Assembly: GCA_016180815.1 (NCBI GenBank)
Contig: JACPAN010000003.1
Location: 14,570 to 78,569 of the forward strand
DNA length: 64,000 bases
Direction: 5' to 3'
Source of the DNA: Elusimicrobiota bacterium
GTDB lineage: Bacteria > Elusimicrobiota > Elusimicrobia > JACQPE01
Positions 18,554 to 27,334 of this stretch are shown here, one piece after another. A program made the translations under genes and the position numbers. Under the pieces are notes generated by a model that searched no databases, was not told the origin of the DNA, and saw only the letters and a program-made list of their open reading frames with translations. The stretch's first letter is position 1; each line of letters starts with the position of its first letter.

Positions 18554-20553
18554 CGCCCCCATTTAAGCGTTTCCAGCCGGACATCCGCGTAGTAGTGCCT
18601 TAAAATCTTTTCGTAATTGTAGTTTTCCGTTTCCGCCAAATTGGCGGCTCCGCCCTGGCATAAACCCACGCCGTGGCCCCAGCCTCCGCCGAACAAATAA
18701 ATCTCTTGAGGCCGTCCTTTTTTGTCGCGGCGCATATCCATGGCGAGCATGGTGCTTCGCACCAGGCCCATCGCCAAGACGCGCCGGATTTCATGCTCTT
18801 TGCGTATCGTCAGCGCGCCGTCGGTGCCGATAAAGCGAAGATTATGCAGGTAGCCGGCCGGGCCGCGTTTTAACTGGAGAATATTTTTAAGCCGGCCGAT
18901 TTTTTGAATGCGGTTGAGGCGTTCCTCGAGCTCGCTGGAATTAATCACCCAAAGCCATCGAAAAGATAAGGGATGGACATGGTCCGAGATCTCGCAAAAA
19001 GCCTCGGGCAGGCTTTTAAGCCATAAATCAGTCGCCCACGGGGACTGAGGCGGCTCTGAGCGCGTGTCGGCCACGGCCTGCAAATAAGGTTCCCCAAGCC
19101 AGTCCGGTATATCCGCGGCCGTCTGGGTGTGGCCGCCGCAATTGGCGTGAAAAAGCGCGTGAATGACGCGGCCTTTATGCGTCAAAATAATGCCCCGCGT
19201 TTGATTGACCGCGCGGCGTTCGCCGGGGCGTTCGCCGGAGAGACCCACGTAAACTTGGCAGTGCTGTCCGTCGCAAAGATCATAGGGTTGATTGGGGTGC
19301 GCGGTTTCGGTTTCATGGCGATAAAGCGCATTGCTCCGGGCGATCACGGCTTGGGCTTTTAAGGTCTCTTGAGGGATGCCCGGAGGCATTTCTCCGGGCA
19401 AAACGCTGTAGAGGTATTCTTCGAGGATAATGTCATTGACCACAATCACGCCCGCTTTTTCATCGGGGGTCAATTCGATGCGCCCGCGGTATTGCCTGTC
19501 TTGCGACCCGGCCCAGGCAAAACCGTGCCCGTAGGAAACGTTGTGAATCAGGATGGGGAAAATGGATTTGTCGGTTTCGATGATGATTGTTTTGGCAAAC
19601 GGCCCCAGCTTGCGGCCATCGGGCTTAATGACGGTGAGCGAGCCTTCCGGCGTTGAAGCGCGCACTTGCCAGATTTGGCCGCTTTGGCCTTCGGCGATTA
19701 ATCGTCCGCCGTCTTTTCGATACATGCGGAAAGGCCCTTTAGCGCGAAACATAATGCCCGAATTCGTCAGAGAATTTCCGCCCGAAGAAGTCCCAAGACC
19801 GATGCGCAGGCGCGGGGTTATATAGCGTTGATGGGCCAGCGGGATGCGGCGTTCCTGATCGGGATTTTCGTCCCGGCCGTTGGGTTTTTCCGGGGTTGCC
19901 TCTCGCGCGCCGTTGGAACGGATCAGGGAAGCTTGAGGACGATGCCCGGTTCGGATATTCAGCTCGCTCGTGACGCGCTCCAGCGGGCGTTTAGCCTCAA
20001 GATAAGTGTAGTCGAGCTTGGCGAGGGAGCGATAGAGTTGCTTGGCCCGGTTCCAATTTTTTTCGTTTTCGTAAAGCCTGCCCAGTTCGAAATAAGCCGG
20101 CAGAAAATAAGAGGCCCGTTTATTTAAGGATTCCAGAATCATTTTGGCTTCGCGGATTTTCCCTTGCTCAAGCCGGCCCAGACCCAAAGTGAATTGAGCC
20201 AAGGTGCTCGAGGATAATCGAAGCGCATATTCGGCTTCGTTTTGAGCGGCCTGGCTTTTCCCTCTCAGCCAGTAAGACCAAGCCAATTGTTCGGCCACCC
20301 TGGGGTCGCGGGGGTTCAGGCGCCGGGCTTTTTTCAATAAAGCCAGGGCCTTTTTGTGCAACCCTTGGTCCCGGTAGATGACGGCAAGATTTTTATAGGC
20401 CTCGGCCCGAAGCGCCGGATTTTTTGAAGCCGAGTAATAAGCGCGCTCCGCGTCGTCTAAACGGCCTTGATAATAAAGGGAATGCGCCTCTTCGAGGCCG
20501 TTGCCATGAGCGTCAACGCATGAAAACCAAGCGAGCAGCGCGAATAGAATCAT
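18550..20553 (-). CDS. TPR + SpoIID/LytB domain lytic transglycosylase
   Basis: N-terminal signal and TPR helices; YRGRI, LEEYLYSVLPGEM, LKAQAVIARS, CQVY, GGWGHGVGLCQGGA, ILRHYY. Confidence 0.88.
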   Translation of the reverse strand: MILFALLAWFSCVDAHGNGLEEAHSLYYQGRLDDAERAYYSASKNPALRAEAYKNLAVIYRDQGLHKKALALLKKARRLNPRDPRVAEQLAWSYWLRGKSQAAQNEAEYALRLSSSTLAQFTLGLGRLEQGKIREAKMILESLNKRASYFLPAYFELGRLYENEKNWNRAKQLYRSLAKLDYTYLEAKRPLERVTSELNIRTGHRPQASLIRSNGAREATPEKPNGRDENPDQERRIPLAHQRYITPRLRIGLGTSSGGNSLTNSGIMFRAKGPFRMYRKDGGRLIAEGQSGQIWQVRASTPEGSLTVIKPDGRKLGPFAKTIIIETDKSIFPILIHNVSYGHGFAWAGSQDRQYRGRIELTPDEKAGVIVVNDIILEEYLYSVLPGEMPPGIPQETLKAQAVIARSNALYRHETETAHPNQPYDLCDGQHCQVYVGLSGERPGERRAVNQTRGIILTHKGRVIHALFHANCGGHTQTAADIPDWLGEPYLQAVADTRSEPPQSPWATDLWLKSLPEAFCEISDHVHPLSFRWLWVINSSELEERLNRIQKIGRLKNILQLKRGPAGYLHNLRFIGTDGALTIRKEHEIRRVLAMGLVRSTMLAMDMRRDKKGRPQEIYLFGGGWGHGVGLCQGGAANLAETENYNYEKILRHYYADVRLETLKWGR

Positions 20554-20580
20554 GAGTTCATCAGTATTTTACCTTCAGGT

Positions 20581-22041
20581 TTATTGGGCGCAGCGCGGGT
20601 CGTTACCCTCGGCGCAAAGGCCAAGGCCTCCGGAGCCGATTTCTTTGAAACTTGATAGAACTTTATTTTCAGCGATCAGTTTAACAATGTCTTCGTGGTT
20701 TGAATCCTGGACAATAACCCAGGATTGTCCTGGGGCCGAGTGCCGGCCAAAGAGCGTCACCGCATGGCTGCCGCCCACGCCATATCGGGCCCAGGATGAG
20801 GGATCGATGGAAATTTGTATCGGATGGCCGGCATCTAAAGCATCCATGGCCTCGGACCAGCCGGCATTGGTGGGTTCATAATAGGCGGTGTCAAAACCGC
20901 GCTCTTTCAAAATTTCGATTAATTTAAGCAAACTCAATCCAGATTCTCCCTGAAGCATGAGATTGGGGTATTGCGCGGTGATGCCGGGATAGAGCTCTTC
21001 CATGCGTTCACGCGCGCGCCTGGTGCGGATATCAAAAAGATTGTCTTCAACGATGCGGCAAGCCTCGCTTGTGGAATCATCGGCGCAGTTATTTTCCTCG
21101 TACAGTTCCACGAACGGAGCTTCCTCTTCGGCGATGGGATTGACCCGGGCCGGATCGCAGCGAGTGGCGTGCGACTCGGCGTCTTCATGACAGAATTCAG
21201 CTTCCCAAAGGCCCGCGCGATAAGCTTGAATTAACAGAGTATCCGGGTTGAAATTGCACTCAAAGCCCGGACCTTGTTCGGGGCAAGTGCTGGTAATATT
21301 AGGATTGCGGTGCGGGCTTACACAATAGTGGGCCATGAGATTAAAACCGGAATATAGAGCGCAGGTGTCGCCGCGTTGTTGTCCGGCCGTGCAGGTGAAA
21401 GCGCTGCCTAAATAAAGATGCGCGAAGCCTCCTTCGTTAACCCAAAGCTCATTGTCTTTGCCTTTGGCAAAATGAGCGGCATCCGACCACCATAATTTTT
21501 GAAGCGCTTGACGGCAGGCAGTCGAGCCATGAGCGCCGACGCAGGCCGTGGGCAGCAGACAAGCCGGGACAATGGATGGGCCGGCGGCGCCTGAGGCGCT
21601 GCCGGCGATTTTGGTTTGGATGGCGGGCATGGACCTGGGGATGATGCGGCTGGCGATCCGTTCTACGGGCTCGATTAATCGGTTGTAGCGACTGTTGGGC
21701 CTGCAGGCGCCCGGCGTTGCCGGCGCCTCACAGAAAATTTCACCTTCAGCCCGGCGCTCAAGAAGCGGGGCTAGAGCCGCAGTCAGGGCCTCACAATCCC
21801 CCCCGGAGCACAGACCGAGCGACAATTGAGCGTGGGCGTATTGCCCCAATTTTCTTAGGTATGTTCCCTTGCAGTCATCGTTGATATCTGCATCAAAGAG
21901 CACGCTTCTTAAAATCCGATTGACCGGCGCTTGATTGATGGACACGGCAATGTCTTGTTCGCATGTTCCGGCGGAAACCGGCGCTGTTTTAAGGCAGAGG
22001 GGCCATGCCAGACCCATGATGACGAAGAAGCGCATAATCAT
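20581..22041 (-). CDS. Secreted Cys-rich orphan, possible papain/C39-like peptidase domain
   Basis: Signal-like N-terminus; ~20 Cys; TCALYS ... GHPIQISI ... SHAVTLFG ... VQDSN. Confidence 0.5.
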   Translation of the reverse strand: MIMRFFVIMGLAWPLCLKTAPVSAGTCEQDIAVSINQAPVNRILRSVLFDADINDDCKGTYLRKLGQYAHAQLSLGLCSGGDCEALTAALAPLLERRAEGEIFCEAPATPGACRPNSRYNRLIEPVERIASRIIPRSMPAIQTKIAGSASGAAGPSIVPACLLPTACVGAHGSTACRQALQKLWWSDAAHFAKGKDNELWVNEGGFAHLYLGSAFTCTAGQQRGDTCALYSGFNLMAHYCVSPHRNPNITSTCPEQGPGFECNFNPDTLLIQAYRAGLWEAEFCHEDAESHATRCDPARVNPIAEEEAPFVELYEENNCADDSTSEACRIVEDNLFDIRTRRARERMEELYPGITAQYPNLMLQGESGLSLLKLIEILKERGFDTAYYEPTNAGWSEAMDALDAGHPIQISIDPSSWARYGVGGSHAVTLFGRHSAPGQSWVIVQDSNHEDIVKLIAENKVLSSFKEIGSGGLGLCAEGNDPRCAQ

Positions 22042-22182
22042 AGTTTGAGGGTAAGACGGCGTAAAGTCAATCAGAGCTTAAAAGATCCAAGGATTCTGCC
22101 CGAGTCCAACGGTAATCGAACATCCCTGGATCAAATCAGGGCGGTTTTGGGAGAAATAACGAATAAAAGCGACTTTTGGTGC

Positions 22183-22650
22183 ATGGAGGATGAGGCAGAA
22201 TTCGGCGCGGTCAACGGCAAGAACGGCAAAAAGAGGATACTGGCCTCCGATGAAGCCCAAGCCGCCAAGAATCGTCAGCGCCGCTATCGGGAGCCGCGGC
22301 CGCTACGGATTCAGGTTCTCCTAAAGCAGGCCTGCCGTTTCAATGGCCGCTTAGACGGCACCCCCGGTTTGACCCGAAACGCCTTGGCCAAAGAAATCGG
22401 GATCAATCCCTCTTACCTGACCCGCATTCTTAACCTTCTCAATCTGGCTCCGAAAATCCAGCGGCGCATCGTAGCCATGCCGCCTTCCGCAAAACAGGGA
22501 CCGATCACGGAATGCCGTATAAAACATTTAGCCAGGATTCAAAATCATAACCTTCAGATCAAAGAGTTTGAGCGCCTCCTAAGCTTAAACGGAGACCGCC
22601 CGCAAGTCCTCTCAAAACGGGCCATTGACAATACAGCCTATATGCTGTAA
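22183..22650 (+). CDS. HTH protein resembling the C-terminal tail of element-borne serine recombinases; start uncertain
   Basis: TRNALAKEIGINPSYLTRILNLLNLAPKIQRRI helix-turn-helix; no catalytic domain. Confidence 0.55.
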   Translation: MEDEAEFGAVNGKNGKKRILASDEAQAAKNRQRRYREPRPLRIQVLLKQACRFNGRLDGTPGLTRNALAKEIGINPSYLTRILNLLNLAPKIQRRIVAMPPSAKQGPITECRIKHLARIQNHNLQIKEFERLLSLNGDRPQVLSKRAIDNTAYML

Positions 22651-22660
22651 GCTATGTCAA
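22625..22660 (+). promoter_or_regulatory. Sigma70-type promoter with overlapping inverted repeats for the toxin-antitoxin pair
   Basis: TTGACA (22625) - 17 nt - TAAGCT (22648); TACAGC/GCTGTA and TTGACA/TGTCAA inverted pairs. Confidence 0.7.
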
Positions 22661-23040
22661 TGGAGGCACATGGAAAACCTTACCGGATTGAATACTACGT
22701 TACGCCAGAGGGCGAAAGTTTGGTTGATGAGTTTTTTGAGGGAATCAATGAAACGCACCAAGGCAAAATTCTCAGGTGGTTTGGCTACCTCAAGGAACAG
22801 GGGCCAAATCTGCCAAGACCTTATGCCGATGTCCTGGAGGGCAAAATACGGGAACTCAGAATTGCCATTAGCCATCATCAGTACCGCTTTCTCTATTTCT
22901 TTCATGGGAAGACCATTGTGATTACCCACGGATTCTTAAAAAAGACGGATAAGGTGCCTCAAACAGAAATCGAGCGGGCCAAGCGCTACATGGCCGACTG
23001 GATTCACTGCTGGAGCCACAAACAAGGGGGTGATGAATAA
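22654..23040 (+). CDS. higB: RelE/HigB (Gp49-like) toxin; start 22654 or 22660
   Basis: IEYY..PEG, GPNLPRPYADVLEGKIRELR, YRFLYFF, VITHGFLKKTDK.P..EIERAK. Confidence 0.88.
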   Translation: MSMEAHGKPYRIEYYVTPEGESLVDEFFEGINETHQGKILRWFGYLKEQGPNLPRPYADVLEGKIRELRIAISHHQYRFLYFFHGKTIVITHGFLKKTDKVPQTEIERAKRYMADWIHCWSHKQGGDE

Positions 23041-23335
23041 CGTGAAAAGAGTCTTTAAGGGCCGGCGCTTTTTTGATGAGCATCTCAAAGAAGCCCTCAA
23101 AAACCCCAAAGTCAATAAGGCGTACGACGAAGCCGATCTCCCCATTCGCTTGGCTATCGAGATTGCGAGGCTAAGAGAGAAAAAAGGGCTAACTCAACAG
23201 GAACTTGCTAAAAAGATTGGGACCAAACAGCAAGTGGTTTCCCGCATCGAGAAACTAGGGGAAAATTTCACCATAGGAACGCTTCAAAGAATCGCCCACG
23301 CTTTGGATGCCCATTTATTTGTCTCGATGAGATAA
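23033..23335 (+). CDS. higA: XRE-HTH antitoxin (HigA-type)
   Basis: LREKKGLTQQELAKKIGTKQQVVSRIE; overlaps the toxin stop; toxin-first order. Confidence 0.88.
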   Translation: MNNVKRVFKGRRFFDEHLKEALKNPKVNKAYDEADLPIRLAIEIARLREKKGLTQQELAKKIGTKQQVVSRIEKLGENFTIGTLQRIAHALDAHLFVSMR

Positions 23336-23433
23336 CTTCGGATCGAGTCATTTTCGGAATTCCTGACTCAGTCTTCCCACTCCTTTTTTGTCCAGGCCAG
23401 CAGCCGAATATCTGACGGAAAAGTTCAGCTTCC

Positions 23434-24069
23434 TCAGTGCGTATAAATGTCCCAACGGGCTATTTTTGTTACAGATGATATGGCATCGACGGCGTAATTG
23501 TTCAGCTTAAGTTGAACTGAATTGCCTCCTGCCACCCTCCCAAAAAAGGCCCCAGCTTTTCCAGCCCCGCGCCTTATTCGAAGTCGCAGTTCGTAGAGAA
23601 AAACCATCTTGATCCCTCGATAGTATGGCTCGAGATTGTAAAGGCTATCGGCATCCCGCCATGTTGAGGGCCGAATGATACCAACGTATCGCTCGACTGA
23701 TGTCCTCTTGAAGTCTTTGTCGATTTGGCTATGAAGGCGGCTCGGCAGCAGCTTCTTAAGAAAGGGGAGCAGTCGGAAATGTGGGTCCATCTCGATTTCT
23801 TCCCGGTGACTCTCTAAGAACACGGCGAAGCACCGCCGTTTCAAGCCGTGAAGTTTCGGAGCGTATGCTCGTCTGAGGAAGTTCGTGCGTGAATACTTTG
23901 TGTGGCGCCTGAATACGGCCGCCAGATTCTTGCCGTCGCCGAGGTCATATCTTGAAACTCTAAAAAAAGGACCCCACGATCCCGAACCGAACGCGATGAA
24001 TTGGGGATTGCCATAGAAGGCTTCCAGAGTTTGCGCCGTGAATTGGGATAAGCCGGGCACGGCCTTCAC
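23434..24069 (-). CDS. Hypothetical basic protein, GTG start overlapping the upstream TGA
   Basis: 211-aa ORF; GTGA start/stop overlap at 24066-24069. Confidence 0.55.
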   Translation of the reverse strand: MKAVPGLSQFTAQTLEAFYGNPQFIAFGSGSWGPFFRVSRYDLGDGKNLAAVFRRHTKYSRTNFLRRAYAPKLHGLKRRCFAVFLESHREEIEMDPHFRLLPFLKKLLPSRLHSQIDKDFKRTSVERYVGIIRPSTWRDADSLYNLEPYYRGIKMVFLYELRLRIRRGAGKAGAFFGRVAGGNSVQLKLNNYAVDAISSVTKIARWDIYTH

Positions 24070-25268
24070 TCGTACTTCGTGACGGGCAACACGGTGCACC
24101 TACAGCCAATATGCAGCGGTGTCTTTGGGTAGTTCTGCTTCGAGAACTTCTTTGCGGCCACGCGTTTGCAATGGCTACAAGTGCGGTCATCGCCGATGGC
24201 TGACAACTCCCAGCCGCGAATGAAGGAGGAGGCATCGGAAAATCCGCTGATGTGGGCCAGGGAATATTTCCCCATCGAATAGGTGTGCTCGATCAGGCTT
24301 GCGATTTCCCCAGCGTATTCCCAGGCTTTGGCCACCTTTGTCAGTTCGATGCTTGCAAACTCAGGTGGCAGTGGTTGGAGTTTGAACAATTCTCGGAACG
24401 CAATGACCTCGCCAAGACGCTTGGTCAGGTCAGGAGCCTTGGCAAGGACCTCTATGGCCTTGGCTTTCCGCTTAAACTCCGATTGAGAGAGCGGAGCAGC
24501 AAGGCGATTCAGGTCTTTTAGGGAAAGAACTTCTAAAATGGAGTCTGTGGGAATTTGCTCGCCGCGGAGTGCCAGTCCCGATGCAGCTAGGGCTTCAAAC
24601 TCTTTGCGATCCCTGTGCTCGGCGGGCATAACCCATACCTTATCCAACTTCGTCGCGCATCGCATGTAGACCTGAATGTTATCGTAGCCGTACTTATCGA
24701 TGAGCTGATCATCCAGCGCGGCATCTTCTGGCTCGCTTTCAAACAGGATCTCAACACCACTGTGGGGAACCACCTCCAGCGTACTCGCGGCCTGCTGGCG
24801 GAATTCGAACAGTAGGTCTTCTTTATCCTTGCCGGAAGCTGTTTGCCATTCTGGAGATGCCTTTTTCAGTTCTTCGATCTTCTGAAGATAGGCCGGCCGA
24901 AATTTATTCGTGTATTCGTCGATCTCCTTGCAACGGAGATTCGAGCGCGCGACAATACGTTCCAACTCGAGCCTGTGCCTATAGGGATTCTGTCCGCCGT
25001 CATCTGCAAGCAGATCTTTAATCTTGCCGGCCGTTTCCCTTTCGATCCCCTGCAGTGTCAAGGGGAAGGTGCTTTGGGGATTGATGATCCAGCCACCATC
25101 GGATGTCTGGGTAACTGGACCTGTATTTACCTTGCCCCCGTCCGAGCCTCCCGATTCCACTCGAATTTCAAGTGACGGCTTAGGACGACGCTTGGCATTG
25201 TCCGAGGCGGCAACAGCAACTGCTATCACAAAGAGAGCGACCACGATCAGAAGAATAAGCAGTGCCAC
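24066..25268 (-). CDS. Membrane-anchored protein with C-terminal MuF-like Cys/His motif
   Basis: N-terminal TM helix; C-terminus DDRTCSHC...PLHIGCRC; SAP-like LSLKDLNRL...KAKAIEVL. Confidence 0.65.
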   Translation of the reverse strand: MALLILLIVVALFVIAVAVAASDNAKRRPKPSLEIRVESGGSDGGKVNTGPVTQTSDGGWIINPQSTFPLTLQGIERETAGKIKDLLADDGGQNPYRHRLELERIVARSNLRCKEIDEYTNKFRPAYLQKIEELKKASPEWQTASGKDKEDLLFEFRQQAASTLEVVPHSGVEILFESEPEDAALDDQLIDKYGYDNIQVYMRCATKLDKVWVMPAEHRDRKEFEALAASGLALRGEQIPTDSILEVLSLKDLNRLAAPLSQSEFKRKAKAIEVLAKAPDLTKRLGEVIAFRELFKLQPLPPEFASIELTKVAKAWEYAGEIASLIEHTYSMGKYSLAHISGFSDASSFIRGWELSAIGDDRTCSHCKRVAAKKFSKQNYPKTPLHIGCRCTVLPVTKYE

Positions 25269-25358
25269 GGCTACACCCAGTAACAGGAACCTTGCATGGC
25301 TCCAGGGAAAGAAGGTACCACCTCTGGCTCGGCCTTAGGCCGGGCAATGGAGGTACCT

Positions 25359-25775
25359 ATGGAAAATTGGAGAAAGTATCTTGATCCTGAAGACATGACA
25401 CCCGAAGAGAGACTGGAACGCGTTATCGAGCTGTTGGCAACGGCAGTCGCGAGGATGATAAGGGGCGAGGGAAAAGAGGAAACGAAACCGCCCACTTTAA
25501 TCTCTCCCTCTCAACCTGAGATTGCCAATGCGCCGTCCGCAAAAGGGCGCGTTCCTTTTGGGCAAGAGATGGGTAAGATGGGCCGGGTGTTCAATCAGGC
25601 TGAGCTTGTTTGGATTAAACGAATCCAGGAACTGGCCGCGCAAGGTTGGTCGTCTGAAAAAATTGCCAAACAGTTGAACAAAGAGGATCATGAGAGTAAT
25701 CGCGCTGGCAGGTGGTCCAGGACGGCAGTTTGGCGGATTTTGAAAAAACTTAAACAAAAAGGCGTTGCAGAATAG
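25359..25775 (+). CDS. Small protein with a serine-recombinase-type DNA-binding domain only
   Basis: SD GGAGG; GWSSEKIAKQLN...RAGRWSRTAVWRIL; no resolvase catalytic domain. Confidence 0.65.
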   Translation: MENWRKYLDPEDMTPEERLERVIELLATAVARMIRGEGKEETKPPTLISPSQPEIANAPSAKGRVPFGQEMGKMGRVFNQAELVWIKRIQELAAQGWSSEKIAKQLNKEDHESNRAGRWSRTAVWRILKKLKQKGVAE

Positions 25776-25936
25776 TTTTGTAACGTCCGCCCTTTTTGGC
25801 CTTGCCCAAATGACATTCTTGCTTTTGGCTTCAATGTTCTAACGCGCTCCTTTTTTCCCATTTCTCGAGGGAGTTTCTATTACCGTTAAACTTGCTCATT
25901 CGAAATCCGTTACAAATCAGCATCTTTCGAAAAAAT

Positions 25937-26008
25937 CTGCGGGGGCAGGAGTCGAACCTGCACTAGACGCTTCAAAGGCGCCTGTGACTACCATTACACC
26001 ACCCCGCA
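25937..26008 (-). tRNA. tRNA-Gln (UUG), CCA not encoded
   Basis: TGCGGGG/CCCCGCA acceptor stem; GGCGC-CTTTGAA-GCGTC anticodon arm; GGTTCGACTCC T-arm. Confidence 0.95.
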
Positions 26009-26131
26009 ACGATTGGGAAGTTTGTTGAGAACTTGCCGTTTGGCCCGGTCATGCGACTTGGGCCATTTTGTCAAAAGATTGTATCAAGACATGAACCCCT
26101 TGCAATCATTGATGGAGAGCTATACACTCTA

Positions 26132-26458
26132 ATGATGCCGATATGGGTATTTGTTTTTTGCGCAATCGTTGTGACTGCGGCCGTGGTCGCGGGCGTCGTG
26201 TATTTGATCCGGACCTTGCGGCAGGTGGAGCGCTCCGCGCGGGCCATGGAGCAAATCCTGCTGCACGCGGATGAGACGGTTATTCGCGTCAATGACTCGT
26301 CGAGAACGTTCGCCGATTGGGTGCATCAGTTAGATAGCGGCTTGGGCAAGGCGGTTCCTTTTATCGCGGGACTGGCCTGGGCCTTCAAGAAATTTTCGAA
26401 AGAGGGCAACGGAACCGAGGAGCGGGAGACGAAGGCGAAAAGCGGCAAAGGCGACTGA
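26132..26458 (+). CDS. DUF948/YtxG-like membrane protein
   Basis: N-terminal TM followed by a helical TLRQVERSA segment; upstream of a YtxH-like gene. Confidence 0.6.
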   Translation: MMPIWVFVFCAIVVTAAVVAGVVYLIRTLRQVERSARAMEQILLHADETVIRVNDSSRTFADWVHQLDSGLGKAVPFIAGLAWAFKKFSKEGNGTEERETKAKSGKGD

Positions 26459-26520
26459 CGCCCGTGATCCGCCTGGCGTTCGTGCGGATTAAATGACGGG
26501 TAAGCAAGGGGAGGTGGGCT

Positions 26521-26766
26521 ATGAGCGAGCGAAGCAGCGGAGAACTGTTTCTCGCCTTTTTGTTGGGCGGTATTGTGGGCGGAGCCATGGGCGTGATGCT
26601 GGCGCCGGCGGCCGGAAAAAAAACGAGGCGAGATCTGGCCGGTTGGATTAAGCGTTGGCTGGAAGAAGGCGCGGACCTTTATGAAGACGGCCGGGACACC
26701 ATTCTTGAAAAAGCAAGAAGAATGAGCCCTGCCGGGCAATCCCCTAAGAAGGCTTACGAGGAATAG
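26521..26766 (+). CDS. YtxH-like protein
   Basis: FLLGGIVGGAMGVMLAP.AGKKTR; SD GGAGG. Confidence 0.85.
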   Translation: MSERSSGELFLAFLLGGIVGGAMGVMLAPAAGKKTRRDLAGWIKRWLEEGADLYEDGRDTILEKARRMSPAGQSPKKAYEE

Positions 26767-26824
26767 CATAAGATCGGTAAATCGCGGGCAATATGGATCG
26801 GTTGTTGCCTTAAGCGGGTGTTGA

Positions 26825-27328
26825 GTGCGGTTAATTAAGGGTTTTTTAAAAAGTTATTTGCTGGATCCGGAATTGATCCGCCGCCGCGAGGCGTTGGAGA
26901 AAATTCCGATTTTCCGCAGTTTGACATCCAATCAACTGACTCGCGTGCTGACCATGCTTTACCATAGAAATTACCAGGAGGGGGAAGTGATTTTTAAAGA
27001 GGGGGATATCGGGCGCGCCCTTTTCATTATCGGTTCGGGAAAGGTGGGTCTTTATCGAAAGGATAAAAAAGGCCATGAACAAGAATTGGCTGTCTTGGAG
27101 CCCGGAGATTTTTTCGGGGAGATGGCTTTACTTGAAGAGATGCCGCGTTCAGCCAGGGCCGTGGCCGTGGAGCCTTCAAGTTTGTTTTTTCTTTATAAAA
27201 GCAGCCTCGATGGTTTCATCGTGCAGCGCCCGGATATCGGCGCTTCGATTTTATCGGCTTTGGCCAAGCTGCTTTCCGCGCGGTTGAGAAATATCTCATC
27301 GCAGATCGCCAAAGCTGATCTTAAATAA
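26825..27328 (+). CDS. Stand-alone cyclic nucleotide-binding domain protein
   Basis: GEVIFKEGD, LFIIGSGKV, GDFFGEMALL..PRSARA. Confidence 0.9.
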   Translation: MRLIKGFLKSYLLDPELIRRREALEKIPIFRSLTSNQLTRVLTMLYHRNYQEGEVIFKEGDIGRALFIIGSGKVGLYRKDKKGHEQELAVLEPGDFFGEMALLEEMPRSARAVAVEPSSLFFLYKSSLDGFIVQRPDIGASILSALAKLLSARLRNISSQIAKADLK

Positions 27329-27334
27329 CGAACA

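Larger units (their letters stand above)
22042..25936. mobile_element. Putative degenerate integrative island at the tRNA-Gln 3' end; boundaries approximate
   Basis: TA pair, recombinase-related fragments and orphans abut the tRNA 3' end; no duplicated att site found. Confidence 0.55.

Noticed and set aside
21931-22182. 5' part of the 239-aa ORF
   Set aside because: Overlaps the start of the divergent Cys-rich gene; recognisable sequence lies only after ~22183.
22042-22200. Expected att duplication of the tRNA-Gln 3' end
   Set aside because: No copy of ctgcgggggcaggagtcga seen at the island's left side, so the boundaries are unproven.
22625-22921. 98-aa out-of-frame ORF over the toxin
   Set aside because: No protein motif; its 5' part is the promoter.
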